A stretch of DNA of 64,000 nucleotides from an uncultured virus (IMG/VR IMGVR_UViG_3300042934_000632) (taxonomy: Duplodnaviria; Heunggongvirae; Uroviricota; Caudoviricetes): the IMG/VR virus record IMGVR_UViG_3300042934_000632. One strand, 5' to 3'. Positions within the stretch are counted from its first letter, which is position 1; the number at the start of each line of letters is the position of its first letter. The position numbers and the translations under genes are program-made. The notes below the pieces were generated by a model, which searched no databases, was not told the origin of the DNA, and saw nothing but the letters and a program-made list of their open reading frames with translations. Of the stretch, positions 1 to 9,018 are shown one piece after another.

Positions 1-165
1 GCAACATTGCCCCGTGAAGCCCAGCAAAGAATTTATTTGATGCATTACGGTGACAATGTTGAAGATTTCTACGGTCAAACGGGTGAAATGTCTATTCTTG
101 AACAAGGTGTTTTTTATAACATCGTCAATGGTGTAATTACAAATTGAAAGTGAGGCGCTGAAAAA

Positions 166-993
166 ATGTTTATTGCAGGTACTCAAGTCTATTATGTTGA
201 AATTCGTCAGGGCAGCAAGGTTAAACGGATTGTTCTTCCTATGGAAGACGGCATCTTGGACAAGCTGAAGGCTTTCCTTTCAGAGTATCCTTATCTGTTT
301 CATGCTCGGCAAGGTGAAGCGCAAGTGACTTCTCACGAAGTTGCAAATCCACCTGCTGTGATTTTTGATAATCTCCACTTCAAGGCAGATCATATCATTA
401 ATGCAACAATGTATGGTCATCCCGACATTCCATCAGGCACTCTTCGCTATTCTGCGGAATTGATTGCCGCGATTCAGGCGATGCAGCCGCTAAAATCACA
501 GGTTGTTGAGGAAGAAGTAAAACCTCTTACTCCTGATGAAGAACTTCGGTTGAAGCTTGCAGGTCAACAGAGTGAAGCAGCTCAACAACAAGAAAAATCC
601 AGTGTTCAGACAGTTGCTCCAGCGAAAGAGCCTGTAGTTATTCCTCCGCCAGCACCATCTGGTGAAGATCAGCTTAGACGCCAGCTCGAAGAAGCAAAAC
701 AAAGTAGGGTTTTTACCCCTCAGGCAGGCGCTGCTGGACAGGTTATACCTCATACTCAACAAGAAGCAGGTTCCGAAAGAAAGGTTTCAACGTACGCTTC
801 AGTTAATGACGTTATCGATATTCTCGGAAGAATGAGTACGAAGCTTGATTTCGTGGTTGCTATGAGCAGTTTGCCTGCTGGTAACCTGACAGGAAAAGAA
901 CTCTCAGTTTGGTTTGCGAAATCAACTGTTGAGCACGGCTACGACAAAACGTTTGAAATTTTGGCTTTGAAACTCCAAGGAAAGTTGGAATAG
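166..993 (+). CDS. hypothetical protein with Pro/Gln/Ala-rich linker
   Basis: 275 aa ORF with RBS-like GAGG; no recognised motif. Confidence 0.7.
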   Translation: MFIAGTQVYYVEIRQGSKVKRIVLPMEDGILDKLKAFLSEYPYLFHARQGEAQVTSHEVANPPAVIFDNLHFKADHIINATMYGHPDIPSGTLRYSAELIAAIQAMQPLKSQVVEEEVKPLTPDEELRLKLAGQQSEAAQQQEKSSVQTVAPAKEPVVIPPPAPSGEDQLRRQLEEAKQSRVFTPQAGAAGQVIPHTQQEAGSERKVSTYASVNDVIDILGRMSTKLDFVVAMSSLPAGNLTGKELSVWFAKSTVEHGYDKTFEILALKLQGKLE

Positions 994-996
994 CCG

Positions 997-1404
997 ATGA
1001 ATGATAACACGATTCAATTGATTAGGGACTATGTGGATCAAATATCCGCTTCCCTGGGTGTTGCCGCTGAAAAGGTCTTTGAGGCCTTGATGCGGCAGCA
1101 AATGATCGAAGGTGTAATGGGTATTATCGTTAAGTTGGTATTGTTTATTTCAGCCATTGTCGCTTTCAAATTGTATTATCGCTATGTCTTTACAATGTAT
1201 CTGAAGAATAAAGAAGCAGGTAAATACGACTACTTGGATGAAGGACCTATCTTCATATGTGTAGGCCTTGCGCTTTCAATCGTTTTTATCTTCGTCACTT
1301 TCTTAATTTTGATCTTGAATTTGACAACGCATTTAACTCAAATCCTCAACCCTCAATATCATGTATTGAAAGATCTTCTTTATATGGTAACGGGGAAACA
1401 ATAA
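997..1404 (+). CDS. hypothetical membrane protein (2 TM segments)
   Basis: 135 aa with two long hydrophobic stretches. Confidence 0.7.
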   Translation: MNDNTIQLIRDYVDQISASLGVAAEKVFEALMRQQMIEGVMGIIVKLVLFISAIVAFKLYYRYVFTMYLKNKEAGKYDYLDEGPIFICVGLALSIVFIFVTFLILILNLTTHLTQILNPQYHVLKDLLYMVTGKQ

Positions 1405-1609
1405 AACTTTTTGTTATATCTTGGCAAGTACCTTAAAGTCAAGTATACTTAAAGGAGGCGAGGAAGATGTAATCCTTCAGGTAACAACTAGATTAATTCT
1501 AGTATGCAAAATACATTTGGGCTAAAGGTCGCTAGTATTAGGGGCGGCCCAGCATGGCTTGAGGGGATTAGGGCTATGCACAAAATAATCATCTTGAGGA
1601 GGATGATGT

Positions 1610-3289
1610 ATGTCCTGGAAAAAAGTAAGTGACATCGTAAAAGACAGCCTGATTGATTTGAGGGGTGTCGAGTACAAGGTGATCGAGAACAAACATTCCG
1701 ATCTTCTTGTGGCTAAAGTCAGTAACCCTGCATTCGTACTCAGCTTAGAGACACTGATTGATATCGTTCAAAATGACGACTGGGAAGGATCGGCACATGA
1801 GATTTACGTGAAATCCGAACCCAAACCGCAGATTCCGCAATATACCGCGGCAAGAAAGCCAGGCGTTCAAGAGGACTTTGTTCATTCAGAGATTCAATCT
1901 CGGTTTGCAGCCAAAGGCCCTTCGCTTGAAGATCAGCTGAAAGCTGCAACAGCAGGTACGACACCAGAACGCAAGGTATTTGCAACTGCCGTAGCAGGTC
2001 CAAGCCTTGAAGATCAACTCAGAGCAGCTAGAACCGAATCTGGAATCTCAGAAGTTCGTTCCCAGCTTGCTGGAGTTGGTGTCCAAGCAGCTTCGGCAGC
2101 ACAGGGCGTTGCAAGGGTTGATCAGGCCGTTGAAAAGGTGGCTAAGCTCAATTCAGAACGTCACTACAACGTTCAAGGCCAGATGTCTCGTGTAGAAGGC
2201 TCTGTTCGTAATGTCCAGAATCAGGCTACCGAGCTTAGCTGGCATGTGCAAAGCGTGCAGGACGATGTCGAAAACGTGGTGGAACGCGTAAGTTCCTTAG
2301 AGCATCAGGCGCTCGAAGCCAGAATCAATCAAGACCTGAACACCCAAAAATCGGCGAAAGCCCAAGGAGGAAATTCTATGTCTATCAAAAAATTGCTCGG
2401 TAACTTCACAGGTCTGTTCGGTAAGGTCGAAGGTCAGTTCGCTTATTCCCCAGCTGGTCTGGCAGTTCGTAAGAACCCTAACGAATACGGCTCCAACTGG
2501 ATCGTATACGATGCTAAAACTCGCTCCCTGACTGACGTTCAAGACTTGGTTCTTGACTTCAATATCCCTGCATTCCAGCTGCCTGTCACTGAAGACGCCG
2601 TGAACGAAGGCGACATCATCCTGAACAACGGTAAATTCCAGTACGTTGTTGAGATCAATGATGGATACGTGAAAACGATCTCTCCTTCCGACAGCTCGTA
2701 CAGCAGCGTTATCCCTACCCGTAACCAGTTCCTGAACAAAACGTTCTACACTACGGTGAAGACGCTTAGTCTGGCTGGCGAAGGTGGATTCGATCCGATG
2801 TTGCTGATGGCTATGAACAAAGGCGGCGACAAGCAAGATCTGCTTCCATTCCTGCTCATGAGCGGTGGACTGGGCGGTAATGGCGCAGCTGCAACTGGCG
2901 GCATTGATCCAATGATGCTGGCTCTGATCGGTGACAACACCGAAGACTTGCTTCCATTCCTGCTTCTGCAACAGGGCGGCGTGGCTGACAAAGGTATCAA
3001 TCCTTTGATGCTGCTTCTGATGACTGACAAAGGCGGCGACTCGAAAGATAGCCTGCTTCCATTGCTCTTGATGGGTGGCGGTCTTGGTGGAGCTGGTGGC
3101 GCTCAAGCAGGTGGTATCCAGTCGATGCTTCCGTTCTTGCTCATGAGCGGTGATAAAGGCGGAGACAGCGGAATCAAAGACATCTTGATGATGCAAGCAC
3201 TGGGCGGTGGCGCTGGTTTCGGTAACCTCTTCGGTGGTACAGCACCAGCTGCAACTCCAGTAACTCCAGCGGCTCCAGCGGCTGAGTAA
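1610..3289 (+). CDS. hypothetical protein with coiled coil and C-terminal Gly-rich/LLPFLLM repeats
   Basis: 559 aa ORF, RBS GAGGAGG; repeats GPSLEDQL(K/R)AA and LLP(F/L)LLM. Confidence 0.8.
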   Translation: MSWKKVSDIVKDSLIDLRGVEYKVIENKHSDLLVAKVSNPAFVLSLETLIDIVQNDDWEGSAHEIYVKSEPKPQIPQYTAARKPGVQEDFVHSEIQSRFAAKGPSLEDQLKAATAGTTPERKVFATAVAGPSLEDQLRAARTESGISEVRSQLAGVGVQAASAAQGVARVDQAVEKVAKLNSERHYNVQGQMSRVEGSVRNVQNQATELSWHVQSVQDDVENVVERVSSLEHQALEARINQDLNTQKSAKAQGGNSMSIKKLLGNFTGLFGKVEGQFAYSPAGLAVRKNPNEYGSNWIVYDAKTRSLTDVQDLVLDFNIPAFQLPVTEDAVNEGDIILNNGKFQYVVEINDGYVKTISPSDSSYSSVIPTRNQFLNKTFYTTVKTLSLAGEGGFDPMLLMAMNKGGDKQDLLPFLLMSGGLGGNGAAATGGIDPMMLALIGDNTEDLLPFLLLQQGGVADKGINPLMLLLMTDKGGDSKDSLLPLLLMGGGLGGAGGAQAGGIQSMLPFLLMSGDKGGDSGIKDILMMQALGGGAGFGNLFGGTAPAATPVTPAAPAAE

Positions 3290-3341
3290 GAAAGGTTGAT
3301 GTGTCTTGGGCGAGAAGGAACTTCGGCAAGCTGCTAGAGGG

Positions 3342-3482
3342 ATGTATAAAACCGCTGAACAGATGAAGATGCTCAGACTTGCCCAAGAAGGCACATTGGC
3401 TCAGTATCTTCTCAAGAAAGAGTTCAGCAAGATGCAACGCAAGATGAATGCCAAGGTCCGCAAGGCTCTTGGTATCAAGTAG
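3342..3482 (+). CDS. small basic protein (46 aa, MYKTAEQMKMLRL...)
   Basis: read by eye; GAGGG immediately upstream; followed by a hairpin. Confidence 0.5.
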   Translation: MYKTAEQMKMLRLAQEGTLAQYLLKKEFSKMQRKMNAKVRKALGIK

Positions 3483-3656
3483 TCGAACCGACGTCGGGGC
3501 TCCTTGAAGTGATAAAGACTTCGGGAGCTCTCCTTTCTTAAAGTGACTAGATGAGGATGATGGCTGCGGGTAGGGGCAAGTTGGCTTGCTGTGTAATCTA
3601 GTTATTATTCATTCGTTTTACCCAAACCAAAACCCAAATTAGAGGAGTGTTGCATT

Positions 3657-4007
3657 ATGGCACGCACAGTACACTACGGAACTAACAAACCTTTCACTAT
3701 CTTCGACGACAAACTTTCTATCGAAGACATCAAGAAGACTATGGCCGATTATTTCCCTGAAGTTGCAAACGCTACGGCACGCGTCGAAGGCGACAACATT
3801 TACCTGGAAGTGAAGGCTGGTACGAAAGGTTCGGGACCACGTACTGTTCATTACGGCACTAACAAGCCGTTCACAATCTTTGACGAAAAGCTGTCGATTG
3901 AAGACATCAAGAAAACCATGGCTGACTACTTCCCTGAAGTAGCAAACGCCAGCGCTCGGGTTGAAGGTAACAACATCTACCTGGAAGTGAAAGCAGGCAC
4001 TAAAGGC
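3657..4007 (+). repeat. direct repeat encoding the two Ubl domains (3657-3830 and 3840-4007)
   Basis: only 3 aa differences but many synonymous nucleotide changes. Confidence 0.95.
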
Positions 4008-4022
4008 CTGATCTTGGCCTAA
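3657..4022 (+). CDS. tandem di-ubiquitin-like protein (PRTRC protein C-like, two domains ending AGTKG)
   Basis: two ~56 aa repeats each ending KAGTKG; YFPEVANA motif; upstream of E2/JAB/E1 genes. Confidence 0.8.
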   Translation: MARTVHYGTNKPFTIFDDKLSIEDIKKTMADYFPEVANATARVEGDNIYLEVKAGTKGSGPRTVHYGTNKPFTIFDEKLSIEDIKKTMADYFPEVANASARVEGNNIYLEVKAGTKGLILA

Positions 4023-4061
4023 TCTGCTTCTAGCAGAATTGGCTAGATTCTTGTAAACTAG

Positions 4062-4100
4062 GGCAGGAGGGGCTACCAAGCTCTTTCCTGCCTTTTTTTA
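4062..4100 (+). terminator. intrinsic terminator after the Ubl gene
   Basis: GGCAGGAGGGGC...GCTCTTTCCTGCC hairpin followed by a T7 run. Confidence 0.75.
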
Positions 4101-4143
4101 TGTAACTTTGGGCAAATAGACTCAAAAGGAGGTTCGGAAAACA

Positions 4144-4587
4144 ATGGATGAAATCTTAATTACTAGTATTAATGGTGTACCCATCAACAGAGCAGTCCCA
4201 CTCACCACAGAAGAGGTTTTCTTCGGAGAAGATGATCAAGTTGAAGGCGGTAATGGGCTTGAGCAGGAAGCTGCAACAGCTGTAGAGCCTGAAGCACAAA
4301 AAGACGTCTGGGAAGCTAATGAATTCCAGTCCGTTTATCGTCAGCTCATTGGTCATTTCGAAACATTAGAATCCCGAGACACACTGGATAGTCGGACACG
4401 GGAACTTATGAGCTTGATTGGTGAAGCTACAACTGTTTCCGAATTTGATAGTTATAGCGATGACCAACTCAACAGTTTTCTTTCTCAGATTCATAATGTT
4501 CTTCCGCGTCTTGAAAGAAACTTTAGCCAGTTCGATTCGGATATGGCTAGATCCCGCGCAGTCGTCGCCGATATTGATTTTATTTAA
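4144..4587 (+). CDS. acidic hypothetical protein in the Ubl locus
   Basis: 147 aa, RBS AAGGAGGT. Confidence 0.75.
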   Translation: MDEILITSINGVPINRAVPLTTEEVFFGEDDQVEGGNGLEQEAATAVEPEAQKDVWEANEFQSVYRQLIGHFETLESRDTLDSRTRELMSLIGEATTVSEFDSYSDDQLNSFLSQIHNVLPRLERNFSQFDSDMARSRAVVADIDFI

Positions 4588-4601
4588 GGAGGTGTTAGGT
4601 C

Positions 4602-6230
4602 ATGACAATCGGAGTAATTGATTCAGTTACAATCGCGCAGCGTATTCGTTACATCCAAGACACAAGAGAGCTTAAGTCTAAAGGTGTTCTTGAAGAGCCA
4701 GCTCCTATACCTAGGACCGAGCAAGAATGGAAAGATACTGTTCGCGATATGGTTTTTGCATACTTAAAGAAAACATTCCCTGGATGCTACGTGCGTCCCC
4801 ACCTGGGAACTGAAATTTTTGCGCTCCGTCTCGACACGGAGATATTCATGAAAGCGGAAAAGATCAAGCAATGGTATCGCCAATCTGCATCATGGGGAAC
4901 CTGGTTCCAAAATGCTTATACCAGTTTGTCGAATATCATCACAGATCAATCTTATTTCGATCTTAACAGTGAAACTGTGAAAAAGGTCGTCGTGGACGGT
5001 GAAAATTTTATTCACGTAACCTTTAATATGACGAATATGGGCGGTTACTCCCAACGCGGCATGACGAAGATTATTGAATTGTGTGATCGTATCGTCCAAA
5101 GAGAAACCGCTCTTAGCAACCATTTTGATAATATTCAAGCCGCGATTCGTGTTGAAGAAGCAAGAAGAGAAACTGTGCGTATTGAACGCGCTCGTGTCGA
5201 GAAAGCAAAATATATCCAAGAATTATCTTCTCGATTGTTGGTGCCATTGGGATCTTATAACCCTACAGGTATTACATTCGACGATAAATTCAAGAAAAAG
5301 ATGGCGGAATGGTGCGCCGAAAACGGCCATCAACCAGTCAGAGCTCATGAAGCAACCTATAAAACAATGGTTCCAGTGGATACCGTTGTTCGTTTAATGA
5401 ACAAAGTCGGTGAAAAAGATGCTGATTGGTATGCTGTTCCACAATTCGGTGGCCATGACGTACCAGAAGGATTCAATCTGGTTACGAAAATTGGTAAAGT
5501 TACTGGCCATTCGGAAACAGAAGAGCGTTCGCGCGGTGGCGCAGCTCCGATTGTTGTTGAAAAGTTTGTTTACCTCTCTTTCGATATGAAGTATTGGGAA
5601 CATACTCTTCCAGAGAATTACAGGGAAATTCTTGAAGCGACCCTTCGGATTGAAGAGGAATCTAAGATCGAGTTTGAGCGCGAAGAAGCAATTCGTGAAG
5701 CAGAACGTAAACGTCGTGAAGAAATCGCTTTGCGTGTACAGACGGCGAAGAATCAGATTCGAGAGGAGATCAAGAGAAAAAAGGACTTAGCCAAAGAAGC
5801 TTATTACCAAAGCGTCAGAGAACTGGACATCGAGATGGAAAAGCTTATCAGCGAAATCGTGATCGAAGAACCGCCGTCAAGTCCAGAGATTGAAGCTCAA
5901 GCCTCGCTGCCTTCTTTCGAAGAATTCCTTGCGGGGTTGAAGCCAGTAGCAAAATCATCTTCAGCTGATCAGCTTGACGAAGATATCATGGATGTTCTGA
6001 AGAAGATTAATCACGGCAGAGGTGCCTACTACAACGATAGAGCTGTTCCTTGGGAAAAGTTTGTCGCTGTTCACGGGCCATCGAGAACTATCCGAAAATG
6101 TTTCCCAACTCTTGAGAAGATGAAGGACTACGTCCGAGAACAAGGTTTCTCTGCTCTTACACTGAGGGATTTTGAAAAAGGCGTGTTCGACTATCTTGAT
6201 CCTACGCAGAAGATCTGCGAATATAATTAA
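4602..6230 (+). CDS. large hypothetical protein with coiled-coil segments, Ubl locus
   Basis: 542 aa, RBS AAGGAGGTG. Confidence 0.75.
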   Translation: MTIGVIDSVTIAQRIRYIQDTRELKSKGVLEEPAPIPRTEQEWKDTVRDMVFAYLKKTFPGCYVRPHLGTEIFALRLDTEIFMKAEKIKQWYRQSASWGTWFQNAYTSLSNIITDQSYFDLNSETVKKVVVDGENFIHVTFNMTNMGGYSQRGMTKIIELCDRIVQRETALSNHFDNIQAAIRVEEARRETVRIERARVEKAKYIQELSSRLLVPLGSYNPTGITFDDKFKKKMAEWCAENGHQPVRAHEATYKTMVPVDTVVRLMNKVGEKDADWYAVPQFGGHDVPEGFNLVTKIGKVTGHSETEERSRGGAAPIVVEKFVYLSFDMKYWEHTLPENYREILEATLRIEEESKIEFEREEAIREAERKRREEIALRVQTAKNQIREEIKRKKDLAKEAYYQSVRELDIEMEKLISEIVIEEPPSSPEIEAQASLPSFEEFLAGLKPVAKSSSADQLDEDIMDVLKKINHGRGAYYNDRAVPWEKFVAVHGPSRTIRKCFPTLEKMKDYVREQGFSALTLRDFEKGVFDYLDPTQKICEYN

Positions 6231-6242
6231 GGAGGATTTACC

Positions 6243-7022
6243 ATGGCAAATGAATCTGTTCAAGCTCCAGCTCCGACGGCTGCAACACCGAAAATTACCA
6301 TTGAAATTATGGCAGACCATGCACAAATTACCACCGTGAAAAACGGTGTTCATGCAGTTAAAAGTACAACTCTTGCGGATATTCAAAGCGTTCTTGTTCG
6401 TGACCGTTCACTTGAGACTCCCCTTCTTCCAGGGGAGTTTGGAACTCAGAAGTATATCGCTTCAGGTTCCCGTGAATTGTACGCAGTAACGACTCCTGAG
6501 CATATTCGCAAGGTGACTTTCGATGCTCGTGGAGATGGCCGCGGACTTGTTGAATACAAGATTCCAGTTCCATCAATGCTCTGGATCATGATCGTTAATT
6601 GTAAGGACAATCGTCGTAGTTTGCATCACACCATGGCGTACGCAATTCGGAATCCTATCCTTAGTGAAAGAGATCCGATGTACGTATTCCCGTTCTCTAA
6701 TGTGAATCATGAGTACTGCTGCTGGGGTGAAAATGAAGTTTCGATCAGCATCCCAAAAAGTATTCAAACGATCCCTGATCAGTTCATGTCGGGCTACTTT
6801 AACAGTGATCTTGACGGCAATAAATTCCAATCATTCGATTGGAAGAAAAATGACCGTGTGATTTCCGCATTCCGTACGAGTCATTTCTTTGAATATCTGG
6901 ACGAAGAACAGAAGAAAGCTGAAGCCGACGGCAAGAACGCGGAATTCAAGTGGGATGCTCTTCATTCTGCTAATAAGAACTTCGCAGAAGCCATTGCTCA
7001 AGAAGCTCGGCGCTTAGGCTAA
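6243..7022 (+). CDS. prokaryotic E2-like protein (Prok-E2_D / PRTRC protein B-like)
   Basis: TPLLP and FPFSNV...CCWG motifs, F...FNSDL; gene context. Confidence 0.75.
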   Translation: MANESVQAPAPTAATPKITIEIMADHAQITTVKNGVHAVKSTTLADIQSVLVRDRSLETPLLPGEFGTQKYIASGSRELYAVTTPEHIRKVTFDARGDGRGLVEYKIPVPSMLWIMIVNCKDNRRSLHHTMAYAIRNPILSERDPMYVFPFSNVNHEYCCWGENEVSISIPKSIQTIPDQFMSGYFNSDLDGNKFQSFDWKKNDRVISAFRTSHFFEYLDEEQKKAEADGKNAEFKWDALHSANKNFAEAIAQEARRLG

Positions 7023-7167
7023 GAAGGAGAGGAATGTTGTGATCGAATACTGGAAACAGCGCTGGAATCTTGATATCGGCTTTATAACCGAATACTGGTG
7101 GTTGTATATCATTCTTGCAGTCGTATATGTTCTTGTCTTTCTTTTTATGAAAGGACGGGATTAAGAT

Positions 7168-7596
7168 ATGCCACGCAAACCTTGTATAACTCACAATGAT
7201 GTTAAAATTTGGCGGGTATACGACGGCGGAGATTCAAGAGCTTATTGGTTTGCGTGGCATCCTGGCCATACAGAGGACGGCGACGATTTCCAATTCGATG
7301 TTCGTGATCTTTCCACTTACCGTCGTAGCTATGAAGAATATATTAAACAAGGTATGTCTGCTGCAAAAGCTTACGCAGGTTATCAGTCAGATATCAGAAG
7401 ATTCATTAAGGAGGCCATTGATAAAGAAGAGATACTTCCTGATGGCCCCATCCCTCGTGATGACAACAATATTAAAGAACATCGTCCCGAAAAGCTGAAG
7501 TTAATTCGTGAAGTTTATGAAGCTAAGCGGCGGCAAACTTGGGAAGAAATGATCAATCGTTTTAATAAATCAAAATCGGAAGGAATGAGTATATAA
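7168..7596 (+). CDS. hypothetical protein
   Basis: 142 aa, stop overlaps the JAB gene start. Confidence 0.7.
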   Translation: MPRKPCITHNDVKIWRVYDGGDSRAYWFAWHPGHTEDGDDFQFDVRDLSTYRRSYEEYIKQGMSAAKAYAGYQSDIRRFIKEAIDKEEILPDGPIPRDDNNIKEHRPEKLKLIREVYEAKRRQTWEEMINRFNKSKSEGMSI

Positions 7597-8972
7597 TGAC
7601 AAAGAAAGAAAAAGCATTGGCAGCAGCAGCGGCAGCTGAAGCAACAACTGGAACAGCAACTACGGAGGTAACGGCTCCTGTTCAAACAAGAGAAGAAGCA
7701 ATGGCAGCGTTTCGTGCTCAACTTGCTGGTGAAATTTGCCAGTATGTACCATTCTCCGTTGGCTTAACTCTTGATGATGTATCGAATATGCCTACAAACG
7801 TTGTTATCGCAAAAAATGGTCTGTTTCGTGTATCCAAGACACCTATCGGTTATTTTGCAACTCAGCTGGCCGTAGGAGACGCTAAATTCGTTATTCCTGG
7901 TGTTCAGGAAATCAAGAAGGGTGTTACGCTTTCTATTCCAAAAATTCCTTTCGAGTACTGGCTGGAAGTTCTGTCATTTTATCGTGATGTATATAACAAG
8001 GATAAAACAGAAGCATCATTATTGTTCTTCTGGAATGACCGCGAAATTACATTGCCTACTGAATTCACTGATGGTACTCCGATTAAAGGTCTTTCGGAAC
8101 GCGGCCAGCTAATCATGTATTGTCCGTCCCAGAAGAATAGTAGCGGTCTTTCAAACTTCACAGCAGATACTATGGTTCCATGGCTGCGGACGAACACAAC
8201 GCCGTTACTCGAAACCCATTCTCACCATACAATGGGCGCTTTCTGGTCGTCAACGGATAATGACAATGAGAATATGAATCAGTTCTATGGCGTCTACGGT
8301 GAAATTTTGAAACCTGATCCAAAATTCCTTTTCCGTTATGTGCATGGAACAGACAAGTCGGATATTGACTTCTATGAACTGTTTGAAAAACCTGTCACTA
8401 TTACTCAGGTTATCATCGGCGATAAAGTAATTGATATTCAAAATGCCGTAGAATACAAAGGTCCATGGCCAAATCTTGAATATCCTGCTGACTGGATGGA
8501 GAAACACGCTGTTAGTTACACAGTGACTCCCAGTTATGGCGGCGCAGCGGGTGGATATGGACGTGGCGGCCAGGGCGGTGGATACGGTCAAAATAATGGA
8601 TATGGTTATGGCGGCGGCGCAAGCGGGTACGGACGCGGTGGTCTTGGCTATGATGATGACTATGTTGCAAGCCAATATCGTGCAGGAGCTGGAGGAACCG
8701 CAGGTGCTGCGGGACAAGCCAAGCTGCTTGAATTCGATGAGAGCAAAAAAAACACCGTGGACGGGGAGGACGTGGCCGATCTGACCGACGGAGTGGTCAA
8801 AAAGGTTATCGAAACAAAAACAAGCACCGTTGAGATCGTGGCCTTGCAAAGATTGTCCCCCTTTTCCGAAAAGCAGATTTTTTCGCTTTGTGAGGAATTG
8901 TCAGAGATGGGCTACGACCAAGTTATTCACGGGACGATCCAAGCGATGATTGGAATGACGGAGGAGGCGTAA
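7596..8972 (+). CDS. JAB/MPN metallopeptidase (PRTRC protein A-like) with Gly/Tyr-rich tail
   Basis: E...ETHSHHTMGAFWSSTDNDNE (JAMM HSH-x7-S-x2-D). Confidence 0.85.
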   Translation: MTKKEKALAAAAAAEATTGTATTEVTAPVQTREEAMAAFRAQLAGEICQYVPFSVGLTLDDVSNMPTNVVIAKNGLFRVSKTPIGYFATQLAVGDAKFVIPGVQEIKKGVTLSIPKIPFEYWLEVLSFYRDVYNKDKTEASLLFFWNDREITLPTEFTDGTPIKGLSERGQLIMYCPSQKNSSGLSNFTADTMVPWLRTNTTPLLETHSHHTMGAFWSSTDNDNENMNQFYGVYGEILKPDPKFLFRYVHGTDKSDIDFYELFEKPVTITQVIIGDKVIDIQNAVEYKGPWPNLEYPADWMEKHAVSYTVTPSYGGAAGGYGRGGQGGGYGQNNGYGYGGGASGYGRGGLGYDDDYVASQYRAGAGGTAGAAGQAKLLEFDESKKNTVDGEDVADLTDGVVKKVIETKTSTVEIVALQRLSPFSEKQIFSLCEELSEMGYDQVIHGTIQAMIGMTEEA

Positions 8973-9018
8973 TTGCCTCCTGTTTTTCTTTACTAAAAAT
9001 TGATCGGAGGAATGGAAA

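Noticed and set aside
2297..3394. 365 aa minus-strand ORF and the other minus-strand ORFs in the track
   Set aside because: Antisense shadows of well-supported + strand genes or ncRNAs; no RBS or motifs recognised
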